Assembly (NCBI GenBank): GCA_944371525.1
Contig: CALVXP010000003.1
Coordinates: 111-64,110, forward strand
Source of the DNA: an uncultured Bacilli bacterium
Lineage (GTDB): Bacteria > Bacillota_I > Bacilli_A > RF39 > UBA660
Direction: 5' to 3'
DNA length: 64,000 bases
Positions 55,561 to 64,000 of this stretch are shown here, in pieces (position 1 is the first letter of the stretch; each line of letters begins with the position of its first letter). The position numbers were made by a program, and so were the translations under genes. Under the pieces are notes generated by a model. It ran no database searches and was not told the origin of the DNA. It saw nothing but the letters and a program-made list of their open reading frames with translations.

Positions 55561-57357
55561 CTATTTCTTTTCTATTTCATTTGTACTTAAAACTGTTAAA
55601 AATGCTTCACTAGGTATTTCTACATGTCCTATTTGTTTCATTTTCTTTTTACCTTCTTTTTGTTTATCTAATAATTTTCTTTTTCTTGTAATATCACCAC
55701 CATAACACTTGGCTAAAACATTTTTACGCATTGCTTTTATATCACTCCGAGCAATTACTTTACTACCAATTACAGCTTGAATTGGTACCTCAAACATTTG
55801 TCTTGGTATAATATTTTTTAAATTATCTACAACAATTCTTCCCCTTTTATAAGCAAAATCTCTATGTACAATTATACTTAAAGCATCGACCATCTCACCA
55901 TTTAATAATATATCCATTTTAACTAAATCGCTATCTTTATTACCAATTAAATCATAATCAAATGAAGCATACCCCTTTGTATAAGATTTTAGCTTATCAA
56001 AAAAATCATATACTATCTCCGATAAAGGAATTTCATAATGAATATTTACTCTTGTTTTATCTATGTACTCCATACCTATATATGTTCCTCTTTTGTCTTG
56101 ACATAATTCCATGATACTACCAATATAATTACTGGGAACAAATATATTAGTCCTTATATATGGCTCTTTTATCGTTCTAATTTTTACTCTTTCAGGAAAT
56201 TCTGATGGATTGTCTATATATATTATATTTCCATCAGTAAGTTCTATTTCATAAATAACTGATGGAGAAGTCGCTATTATTTCTACTCCAAATTCTCTTT
56301 CAATTCTTTCCACTATTATTTCCATATGTAATAGTCCTAAGAATCCTGTTCTAAAACCAAACCCTAATGTAGTGGATGTTTCCGGTTCAAATATTAATGA
56401 TGCATCATTTAATTTTAGTTTTTCTAAGGCTTCTCTTAAACTAGGATACTTTGATGAATCAATTGGATATAGTCCACAAAAGACCATTGGTTTCATTGGT
56501 TTATATCCTTCAAGTGGTATTTCAGCAGGATTATCTTTTAATGTAATTGTATCACCTACCTTTACATCATCAATACTTTTTATACTAGCACAAATAAAAC
56601 CTACATCTCCCGCTACTAATGTATCTACTTTCTTTTCCATTGGAGTATGATATCCCAATTCTACTACTTCATAAGTAGCATTTGTTGCCATCATCTTAAT
56701 AGTATCACCTACTTTAAGTTGACCTTCCATTACTCTAACTAATGCAATTACTCCTTTATATGAATCAAAATAACTATCAAATATTAAACATTGTAACTTA
56801 TTTTCTTTTTCTCCTTTAGGAGAAGGAATCCTTTCAATAATAGCATTAACTAATTTATCTATACCTACCCCAGTTTTAGCAGATGTAAGTATAATTTCAT
56901 CCTTTTTAAAACCAAAAGTATCTTCTAGCTCTTTAATTCTACTTTCAATGTCAGCATTTGGTAAGTCAATTTTATTAATAACAGGAATTATCTCTAAATT
57001 ATTCTCAATAGCCAAATAAACATTAGCAAGTGTTTGTGCTTCTATTCCTTGAGCAGCATCTACAATTAATATAGCACCTTCACAAGAAGCTAAACTGCGA
57101 GAAACTTCATAAGTAAAATCAACATGACCTGGTGTATCTATTAAATTCAAAACATATCCATTATAATTTAATCTTACTGTATTTAATTTAATCGTTATTC
57201 CTCTTTCTCGCTCAATATCCATATTGTCTAACAATTGATCTTTCATTTGTCTTTTATCTATTGCACCAGTATATTCTAAAATACGATCTGCTAATGTACT
57301 TTTACCATGATCAATATGTGCAATAATACTAAAATTTCTAATTTTTTTTATATCCAT
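55561..57357 (-). CDS. lepA: Elongation factor 4 (LepA)
   Basis: [20 protein letters not shown]...DTPGHVDF...NKIDL, plus the LepA-specific C-terminal domain. Confidence 0.95.
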   Translation of the reverse strand: MDIKKIRNFSIIAHIDHGKSTLADRILEYTGAIDKRQMKDQLLDNMDIERERGITIKLNTVRLNYNGYVLNLIDTPGHVDFTYEVSRSLASCEGAILIVDAAQGIEAQTLANVYLAIENNLEIIPVINKIDLPNADIESRIKELEDTFGFKKDEIILTSAKTGVGIDKLVNAIIERIPSPKGEKENKLQCLIFDSYFDSYKGVIALVRVMEGQLKVGDTIKMMATNATYEVVELGYHTPMEKKVDTLVAGDVGFICASIKSIDDVKVGDTITLKDNPAEIPLEGYKPMKPMVFCGLYPIDSSKYPSLREALEKLKLNDASLIFEPETSTTLGFGFRTGFLGLLHMEIIVERIEREFGVEIIATSPSVIYEIELTDGNIIYIDNPSEFPERVKIRTIKEPYIRTNIFVPSNYIGSIMELCQDKRGTYIGMEYIDKTRVNIHYEIPLSEIVYDFFDKLKSYTKGYASFDYDLIGNKDSDLVKMDILLNGEMVDALSIIVHRDFAYKRGRIVVDNLKNIIPRQMFEVPIQAVIGSKVIARSDIKAMRKNVLAKCYGGDITRKRKLLDKQKEGKKKMKQIGHVEIPSEAFLTVLSTNEIEKK

Positions 57358-57517
57358 AAAAACCACAACTTTCTCTCTTATTATAACACGGTAAAAGAAA
57401 GTTTAGCAACAAATTAACATAAATTATAACAATAAAATTATTTTATTAATTAATAAAAATTTGCTACATATACATTGTTTATGATATAATAATTATTGGT
57501 GTAAAGGAGAATTTTAT

Positions 57518-58735
57518 ATGCATATAATAAGTCTTACAGAACTACAATTTAAAAATTATTCGAGAATACATAGTAAACGAAATTATTTACAAAGCATAGA
57601 ATTTGCTAATATGCAAAAGAACAATGGTTATAGTATACTATATGTGGGAATGATTGATGACGAAAATAATTTAGTAGCAGCTTCATTAATTTTAGGAAAA
57701 AAAATAATTGGGAAATATTTTTTAGGTCACGCACCAGGAGGATATTTAATTGATTATAACAATTATGATTTATTAAGTAAGTTTACTAAATTATTAAAAG
57801 AATATTTATCAAAATTAAATTATGTATATATTTCTATAAACCCATTATACCCAATAAAAATTTCAAACAAAAAAAAAGATATCATTTATAATAACTCTAA
57901 CATAATTAATAATCTTAATACTTTAGGTTACAAAAAATGCAAAAGAAATACCCTAAATACAATTTTATATTTACAAACCAATGGTAACATTCAAGAAACT
58001 TATAATAATTTAAGTCGTTTTGTTAAAAGAAATATTCAAGAAAACAAATTAAAAAGTATAAAAATTTATGAAGGGGAAAAAAATGATATAGATACTTTTT
58101 ATAAATTTATTAACAAGAAAACTAATTTTTCAAAAGAATATTATAATGAATTATTCACTTACTTTAATAATGACAATAATAAATTTGAAATATATTTTGC
58201 TTTTTTAGATACTAATGAGTATTTAAAAAATTATAATAATTTATTAAATAAGGAAAAAAGAAATAACGAAAAGATAAGTGAAAAAATTTTAAATATTAAT
58301 ATAAAAAACAAAAGGGATTATGTAGATAAAAAAATTAATTCAGATAAATTATTGGAAAAATATAACAATGAAATAAAAAAAGCAATTAACTTGAATAATT
58401 TATATAAAAACGGATTAATTGCGGCTACAGTGGCAATTATTAAAACAAATAATGAAATTACTTTTCTCATAGATGGATATGAAGAAAAAATAAGAAATAT
58501 TAGGGCTTCTTATACTATAAAATGGGAAATAATAAAAAAATACAGTGAATTAGGATACACTACTTTTAACTTAGGATATATTCCAAATAGTAATAATAAA
58601 AAAATTGATGGTATTGTTTTATCAAGAATAGGATTTAACGCAAATATTCATGAAACACCAGGAAATTATAATTTAATAATAAATAATTCAATATATACTT
58701 TAATAAACTTTATGGATAATTCTATACCAAAGTAA
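57518..58735 (+). CDS. FemAB-family peptidoglycan interpeptide-bridge aminoacyltransferase
   Basis: 405 aa. A two-lobe GNAT-like layout is interrupted by a coiled-coil insert (...NLLNKEKRNNEKISEKILN...). The N-terminus, FLQS.EFANMQ, is FemX-like. Confidence 0.65.
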   Translation: MHIISLTELQFKNYSRIHSKRNYLQSIEFANMQKNNGYSILYVGMIDDENNLVAASLILGKKIIGKYFLGHAPGGYLIDYNNYDLLSKFTKLLKEYLSKLNYVYISINPLYPIKISNKKKDIIYNNSNIINNLNTLGYKKCKRNTLNTILYLQTNGNIQETYNNLSRFVKRNIQENKLKSIKIYEGEKNDIDTFYKFINKKTNFSKEYYNELFTYFNNDNNKFEIYFAFLDTNEYLKNYNNLLNKEKRNNEKISEKILNINIKNKRDYVDKKINSDKLLEKYNNEIKKAINLNNLYKNGLIAATVAIIKTNNEITFLIDGYEEKIRNIRASYTIKWEIIKKYSELGYTTFNLGYIPNSNNKKIDGIVLSRIGFNANIHETPGNYNLIINNSIYTLINFMDNSIPK

Positions 58736-58743
58736 TTAAAAAA

Positions 58744-58774
58744 AAGAAACTTCACATAGTTTCTTTTTTTTTTT
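58744..58774 (+). terminator. Intrinsic terminator of the femAB-like gene
   Basis: AAGAAACT-TCACAT-AGTTTCTT is followed by a T9 run. Confidence 0.75.
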
Positions 58775-58796
58775 AAAATTTTAAAATTATATTTTA

Positions 58797-58826
58797 TCAA
58801 AAAAAGAATGTAAATAAATACACTCT
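58797..58826 (-). terminator. Intrinsic terminator of tuf / the str operon
   Basis: On the minus strand, AGAGUGUA-N6-UACAUUCU (one G-U pair) is followed by a U7 run. Confidence 0.65.
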
Positions 58827-58838
58827 TTTTTTCTATAA

Positions 58839-60023
58839 TTATTCAATAATTTCTGATACTACACCAGCACCTACTGTACGTCCACCTTCACGAATTGAGA
58901 AGTTAGTTCCGTTTTCAACAGCGATTGGCGCAATCAATTCAACAGTCATAGTTACTTTGTCTCCTGGCATTACCATTTCTGTTCCTTCTGGTAATTCAAT
59001 TACACCAGTAACATCAGTAGTTCTGAAATAGAATTGTGGTCTGTAGTTTGCAAAGAATGGAGTATGTCTTCCACCTTCTTCTTTAGTAAGTACATAAACT
59101 TCTGCTTTGAATTTTTTATGTGGATGAACACTTCCTGGTTTAGCAAGAACTTGTCCTCTTTCAACTTCTTCACGAGCAATACCACGTAATAATACACCAG
59201 CATTATCTCCTGCTTCTGCATAGTCAAGTTGTTTTCTAAACATTTCAATTCCTGTAACTACTGTTTTCTTAGTAGGTTTTAAACCAACGATTTCAACTTC
59301 ATCATTAAGTTTTAATTGTCCTCTTTCAACACGACCTGTAACAACAGTTCCACGACCTGTAATTGTAAATACATCTTCAATTGACATTAAGAATGGTTTA
59401 TCAGTATCTCTTTCTGGAGTTGGAATCCAAGTGTCTACTGCATCCATTAATTTTTCAATTGATTCTACATATTTAGGATCTCCTTCAAGAGCTTTTAATG
59501 CAGATCCTCTGATTACAGGAGTATTATCTCCATCAAATCCATATTCATTTAATAATTCACGAATTTCCATTTCTACAAGGTCTAATAATTCTTCATCATC
59601 AACCATGTCACATTTGTTCATGAATACAACCATTTTAGGAACACCAACTTGTCTTGATAATAAGATGTGTTCTCTTGTTTGAGCCATTGGTCCATCAGTT
59701 GCAGCAATAACTAAGATTGCTCCATCCATTTGAGCAGCACCAGTAATCATATTTTTAACATAGTCTGCATGTCCTGGACAGTCAACATGAGCATAGTGAC
59801 GATTTGCAGTTTGATACTCAACATGAGAAGTATTAATTGTAATACCTCTTTCTCTTTCTTCTGGAGCTTTATCAATATTTGCATAATCAACGAATTCTGC
59901 TCCACCTTTTCCTGCTAAAACTTTAGTAATAGCAGCAGTTAATGTAGTTTTACCATGGTCAACATGTCCAATTGTACCAATGTTAACATGGGGTTTGCTT
60001 CTGTCAAATTTTTCTTTTGCCAT
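58839..60023 (-). CDS. tuf: Elongation factor Tu
   Basis: The protein starts [28 protein letters not shown]... and is recognisable over its full length. Confidence 0.98.
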   Translation of the reverse strand: MAKEKFDRSKPHVNIGTIGHVDHGKTTLTAAITKVLAGKGGAEFVDYANIDKAPEERERGITINTSHVEYQTANRHYAHVDCPGHADYVKNMITGAAQMDGAILVIAATDGPMAQTREHILLSRQVGVPKMVVFMNKCDMVDDEELLDLVEMEIRELLNEYGFDGDNTPVIRGSALKALEGDPKYVESIEKLMDAVDTWIPTPERDTDKPFLMSIEDVFTITGRGTVVTGRVERGQLKLNDEVEIVGLKPTKKTVVTGIEMFRKQLDYAEAGDNAGVLLRGIAREEVERGQVLAKPGSVHPHKKFKAEVYVLTKEEGGRHTPFFANYRPQFYFRTTDVTGVIELPEGTEMVMPGDKVTMTVELIAPIAVENGTNFSIREGGRTVGAGVVSEIIE

Positions 60024-60061
60024 TTTTATTTTCCTCTCTTTCTTAATTAATTACATATTCT

Positions 60062-60089
60062 ATTTTATCAAATTTTGGAAATATTGCAA
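60062..60089 (-). promoter_or_regulatory. Possible internal promoter for tuf
   Basis: On the minus strand: TTGCAA (60084-60089), 16-nt spacer ending in TGA, TAAAAT (60062-60067). Confidence 0.4.
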
Positions 60090-60098
60090 TATCTTTAA

Positions 60099-62171
60099 TT
60101 AATTTCCACCATTTTTTTTGATTATGTCTTCTGCAATAGATTTTGGAACTTCTTCATAATGGTCAAGAACCATTGTAAAGTTACCTCTACCTTGTGTATT
60201 TGAACGAAGACTAGTTGCATAACCAAACATTTCTGCAAGTGGTACCATAGCCTCAAATGCTATTGCATTACCTCTAGCTTCTTGTCCAAGTGGACGACCA
60301 CGTCTAGAAGTGATATCTCCCATTACAGCACCTGTATATTCTTCTGGAGCAACTACTACTACTTTCATAATTGGCTCTAAAAGAACTGGTTTACATTTAT
60401 TTTTAGCTTCTTTTAAAGCAAGTGATGCAGCAATCTTAAATGCCATTTCTGATGAGTCTACATCATGATATGATCCATCAAATAATGTAGCTTTTACATC
60501 TACCATTGGATATCCTGCAAGTACACCTGTTTGCATTGCATCTTGTAATCCTTTATCTACTACCGAAATATATTCTCTTGGTACTACACCACCAACGATA
60601 TTATCAACAAATTCATATCCTTTATCTGGATTTGGTTCAAATTTAACCCATACATGTCCATATTGTCCACGACCTCCAGATTGTTTAATATGTTTACCTT
60701 CGCACTCAGCAGTTTGAGTAATTGTTTCACGATAAGCAACTTGTGGAGCACCTACTGTAGCTTCTACTCCAAATTCTCTTCTCATTCTATCAATTAATAC
60801 ATCCAAGTGTAATTCTCCCATACCAGAAATAACTGTTTGTCCTGTCTCAGGGTCAGTACGCATCTTAAATGTTGGATCTTCTTCTGCTAATTTTTGAAGA
60901 GCTAATCCCATTTTGTCTTGATCAGCTTTTGATTTTGGTTCAACTGCTTGAGTAATAACTGGTTCTGGGAATTCCATACCTTTCATAATGCATGGTTTCT
61001 TTTCATCACATAAAGTATCCGCTGTTGTTGTATTTTTAAGTCCTACTGCAGCAGCAATATCTCCTGCATATACTTCTGATATTTCTTCCCTATGATTAGC
61101 ATGCATTTGAAGAATTCTTCCAACTCTTTCCTTAACATTTTTAGTTGAATTTAATACATATGATCCACTATTTAACATTCCAGAATATACTCTAAAGAAG
61201 GTAAGTTTACCAACAAATGGGTCTGTCATAATTTTAAATGCTAACGCAGTAAATGGTTCTGAATCTGATGGATGTCTTAATACTTCATTTCCATTCATAT
61301 CAGTACATTCAATAGCTTCAACATCAGTTGGAGCAGGTAAATAATCAATTACAGCATCAAGTAATAACTTAATACCCATGTTTCCTAAAGCAGTTCCACA
61401 CATAACTGGGAAAAATTCTGCTTTTAAAACACCAGTTCTAATAGCTTTTTTAAGAGCTTCTACTGTAATTTCTCCTCCATCTAAATAAGTCATCATTAAT
61501 TCTTCATCAAAATCTGCTGCTTTTTCAATTAAAATATTACGATATTCTTCAGCTTTATCTTTCATATCAGCAGGTATTTCAATTTCAGTATAATTTTCAT
61601 CTTGTTGTCCATCAAAATGATACGCTTTCATAGTTACTAAATCTATAACGCCATTAAAATTATCTTCTGCGCCAATAGGAAGTTCTATTGCAGCACTATT
61701 AGCACCTAATCTATCTTCAATAGTTTTTAAACTAAAGTAAAAGTCAGCTCCCATCTTGTCCATTTTATTTGAGAAAATTATTCTTGGTACTTTGTATTCA
61801 TTAGCTTGTCTCCATACAGTTTCACTTTGTGGTTCAACTCCTGCTTGTGAGTCAATTAATAATACTGCACCATCAAGTACTCTAAGACTTCTTTGAACTT
61901 CAATAGTAAAGTCAACATGTCCTGGAGTATCTATAATATTAAATCTATAACCTTTCCAAAATGCTGTAGTAGCAGCAGAAGTAATAGTTATACCACGTTC
62001 TTGTTCTTGTTCCATCCAATCCATTTGGCTTTCTCCATCATGAGTTTCACCAATTTTATGAATTTTACCAGTATGATATAAAACACGTTCTGTTGTTGTT
62101 GTTTTACCAGCATCGATATGGGCCATAATTCCAATATTACGTGTATGTTCTAACGATATTTTACGAGCCAT
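60099..62171 (-). CDS. fusA: Elongation factor G
   Basis: [18 protein letters not shown]...DTPGHVDF..., recognisable over its full length. Confidence 0.97.
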   Translation of the reverse strand: MARKISLEHTRNIGIMAHIDAGKTTTTERVLYHTGKIHKIGETHDGESQMDWMEQEQERGITITSAATTAFWKGYRFNIIDTPGHVDFTIEVQRSLRVLDGAVLLIDSQAGVEPQSETVWRQANEYKVPRIIFSNKMDKMGADFYFSLKTIEDRLGANSAAIELPIGAEDNFNGVIDLVTMKAYHFDGQQDENYTEIEIPADMKDKAEEYRNILIEKAADFDEELMMTYLDGGEITVEALKKAIRTGVLKAEFFPVMCGTALGNMGIKLLLDAVIDYLPAPTDVEAIECTDMNGNEVLRHPSDSEPFTALAFKIMTDPFVGKLTFFRVYSGMLNSGSYVLNSTKNVKERVGRILQMHANHREEISEVYAGDIAAAVGLKNTTTADTLCDEKKPCIMKGMEFPEPVITQAVEPKSKADQDKMGLALQKLAEEDPTFKMRTDPETGQTVISGMGELHLDVLIDRMRREFGVEATVGAPQVAYRETITQTAECEGKHIKQSGGRGQYGHVWVKFEPNPDKGYEFVDNIVGGVVPREYISVVDKGLQDAMQTGVLAGYPMVDVKATLFDGSYHDVDSSEMAFKIAASLALKEAKNKCKPVLLEPIMKVVVVAPEEYTGAVMGDITSRRGRPLGQEARGNAIAFEAMVPLAEMFGYATSLRSNTQGRGNFTMVLDHYEEVPKSIAEDIIKKNGGN

Positions 62172-62190
62172 ATTCTATTTCCTTTCTTAA

Positions 62191-62658
62191 TTACCATCTA
62201 TAATGAGCAAATGCTTTATTTGCTTCTGCCATCTTATGAGTATCTTCTCTTTTCTTAACAGAAGCTCCTACTCCATTAGATGCATCAATTATTTCATTTG
62301 CTAAATTTTCAGACATTGAATGTCCATTTCTAAGTCTTGCATATTGTACCAACCAACGAAATGCAAGTGTTTGAGCACGTTCAGCTTTAACTTCAATTGG
62401 AACTTGATAGTTAGCTCCTCCAACTCTTCTTGATTTAACTTCTAAAGCTGGTTTTATGTTTTCCATTGCAGCATTAAATACTTCCATAGAATCTTTGCCA
62501 GTTTTTTCTTCAATCATCTTAAATGCATCATAAACTATTCTTTGAGCTGTTCCTTTTTTACCATCATTCATTATTTGATTGATTAATTTAGTAACAACTT
62601 TAGAATTATATATTGCATCAGGTAATACATCTCTCTTTACTGCACGTTTTTTACGCAT
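62191..62658 (-). CDS. rpsG: 30S ribosomal protein S7
   Basis: The protein runs [14 protein letters not shown]...AFAHYRW. Confidence 0.97.
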   Translation of the reverse strand: MRKKRAVKRDVLPDAIYNSKVVTKLINQIMNDGKKGTAQRIVYDAFKMIEEKTGKDSMEVFNAAMENIKPALEVKSRRVGGANYQVPIEVKAERAQTLAFRWLVQYARLRNGHSMSENLANEIIDASNGVGASVKKREDTHKMAEANKAFAHYRW

Positions 62659-62696
62659 GTTCTTCCTCCTTCCTTACATATATTAATTTAAAAGTT

Positions 62697-63110
62697 TTAT
62701 TTTTTAGGTTTTTTTGCACCATATTTAGAACGACCTTGCATACGATTTTGAACTCCAGCAGTATCCATTGTACCACGAATAATGTGATATCTAACACCGA
62801 TTAAGTCCTTAACACGTCCTCCTCTAATTAATACAACACTGTGTTCTTGTAAGTTATGTCCAATTCCTGGAATATAACAAGTAACTTCCATTCCATTGGA
62901 TAAACGAACACGCGCATATTTACGAAGTGCAGAGTTTGGTTTTTTGGGAGTCATTGTTCCAACACGAGTACATACTCCTCTTTTTTGAGGTGAATCTAAT
63001 TTAGTAGTTTTCTTTTGAACACTATTAATTCCTACTCCTAAAGCTGGTGATTTACTCTTTCTAACTTTTTTATCTCTACCTTTTCTAATAATTTGATTAA
63101 TTGTAGGCAT
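62697..63110 (-). CDS. rpsL: 30S ribosomal protein S12 (carries Ile where the conserved KDLPGVRYH proline normally sits)
   Basis: [12 protein letters not shown]...[11 protein letters not shown]...[18 protein letters not shown]. Confidence 0.97.
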   Translation of the reverse strand: MPTINQIIRKGRDKKVRKSKSPALGVGINSVQKKTTKLDSPQKRGVCTRVGTMTPKKPNSALRKYARVRLSNGMEVTCYIPGIGHNLQEHSVVLIRGGRVKDLIGVRYHIIRGTMDTAGVQNRMQGRSKYGAKKPKK

Positions 63111-63206
63111 TTTAACCCTCCTTTCTTACACATACCCTGGTGTTTCATTTTTTACTCAAAAGATAAGTTCTGTGACAACACAAAACTTAAATTTCTGAAC
63201 ATTATT

Positions 63207-63235
63207 AATATAACACACTAGAAAGCTAGTGTCAA
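63207..63235 (-). promoter_or_regulatory. SigA-type promoter of the str operon
   Basis: On the minus strand: TTGACA (63230-63235), 17-nt spacer, TATATT (63207-63212). It lies about 95 nt upstream of the rpsL ATG. Confidence 0.6.
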
Positions 63236-63262
63236 GTATTTTTAACTTATCAATATTAGTTT

Positions 63263-64000
63263 TTAATTAATGTTTACAATTTCTCCTACTTCAATATATT
63301 TATAATATTTTAATTTTATTCGAGAATTTTCTTCTATTACTTCTCCATAATAATTTACTAGTATTTCCTTTCCACCATAGTCACAATATACACTTCTTGC
63401 TTCAAAAGAATCTTCTTTATAATTATTACTACTAGTTACAGTGCATACTAATTCATTATAATTATTTGTTAAAACATTAGGAATATCTAAAATGCATTTC
63501 CAGTCAAAAATAAACATTCCAAAACAAAATATAAATATAAAGCCAAATAATATATCATATAATTTAATTAAATTTTTCTTTTCCCTTGTATCTTTTGTTT
63601 TTCTATAATATTTAGTTTTTTCAGTAGGGAAAAATGTTTCTTTTAATTTTATTACTCTATATAATCTATAAATTCCATATACAATAATTAATATTTCTGC
63701 CAAACAAACAATATAAGTAATAATTATTAACCATGTAGTATATCCATTAAATACTCCTTTACTAACAAAACTTAAATTTTTACTAAATTCTAATATTTTA
63801 GTAAAAAATATAGTATATAAAAATGAAATTAAGATCAAAATATTAAAATTATAAAAAAATATCTTTTTACAATTTGTTTTTAATGTCATCATAATGTCAT
63901 TTATAATATCATTATCTAAATTTGACTTATCTAATATAATGAAATTATTTTTACCAGTTTTTAATAATATTAATTTTTTTGTACAAATAATTCTTTTTAC
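63263..64000 (-). CDS. Hypothetical membrane protein; the frame stays open to the window edge, so the 5' end may be outside
   Basis: The track ORF is 63263..63892 (about 4 TM segments). The same frame continues upstream with no stop (VKRIICTKKLILLKTGKNNFIILDKSNLDNDIINDIMMT...). No motif was recognised. Confidence 0.4.
   Translation of the reverse strand, partial: VKRIICTKKLILLKTGKNNFIILDKSNLDNDIINDIMMTLKTNCKKIFFYNFNILILISFLYTIFFTKILEFSKNLSFVSKGVFNGYTTWLIIITYIVCLAEILIIVYGIYRLYRVIKLKETFFPTEKTKYYRKTKDTREKKNLIKLYDILFGFIFIFCFGMFIFDWKCILDIPNVLTNNYNELVCTVTSSNNYKEDSFEARSVYCDYGGKEILVNYYGEVIEENSRIKLKYYKYIEVGEIVNIN

Noticed and set aside
1339-62804. Many 60-150-aa ORFs in the supplied track lie antisense to, or out of frame within, strongly supported genes. 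They are 1339..1626, 2731..2949, 5162..5356, 5990..6319, 8535..8903, 9000..9245, 18092..18394, 18441..18644, 18923..19171, 19790..20017, 25245..25430, 26214..26405, 30494..30685, 32767..32988, 37666..37890, 41775..42083, 43667..44110, 43752..43952, 52143..52325, 56372..56650, 59000..59248, 59431..59682, 59730..59918, 61893..62081 and 62613..62804.
   Set aside because: Their translations are low-complexity (Ile/Leu/Phe/Ser/Asn-rich), as expected for the reverse or shifted frames of AT-rich coding DNA. None has a convincing RBS or motif. Each is fully covered by a gene with clear family signatures.
1-64000. CRISPR arrays, rRNA genes, prophage genes, transposases and integrases.
   Set aside because: Reading the intergenic regions, I found no regularly spaced direct repeats. 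No ORF carries DDE, tyrosine-recombinase, serine-recombinase or phage structural signatures. The only stable RNA recognised is tRNA-Ser.

Overview
This is a visibly very AT-rich Bacillota (Firmicutes) chromosomal segment, coded almost entirely on the minus strand. The lineage appears to be spore-forming, because a YsxE/SpoVID-like coat pair and a SpoVB-like flippase are present. No finer taxonomy is claimed.

Core blocks:
- AI-2E transporter (partial), rpmF and yceD
- a frameshifted YhcG-type nuclease
- comEA-comEC, secDF, and glyQS with a T-box leader
- recO-yqzL-era-cdd-dgkA-ybeY-vanZ
- infC-rpmI-rplT with an L20-type leader
- addB-addA, preceded by an MqsR-like/Panacea-type toxin-antitoxin pair
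- recG
- a membrane protein with a degenerate GGDEF domain, and tRNA-Ser(GCU)
- an orphan ComGA/PilB-like ATPase
- miaB-ymcA, an atypical RNB ribonuclease, lepA and a FemAB-like transferase
- the str operon rpsL-rpsG-fusA-tuf

Between a ynbB-like gene and recG lies a stretch of about 15 kb (about 28.2-42.9 kb) that looks accessory and carries no mobility genes. It contains:
- a glycosyltransferase
- a MerR-controlled flavodoxin/CMD/cupin operon
- a six-gene operon led by a WYL regulator, made of fused sugar-phosphate/nucleotide enzymes: NT5C-like HAD, HAD::unknown::PRTase, CAT-type acyltransferase, esterase, and PfkB kinase::tandem SIS
- directly beside it, a tight MazG-like / HEPN (Rx5H) / DUF2075 nuclease-helicase cassette

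The last two are my best candidates for an undescribed system. I do not recognise either as a named pathway or a named defence system.

No CRISPR array, rRNA, transposase or integrase was seen. All calls rest on reading motifs by eye. No database search was possible.
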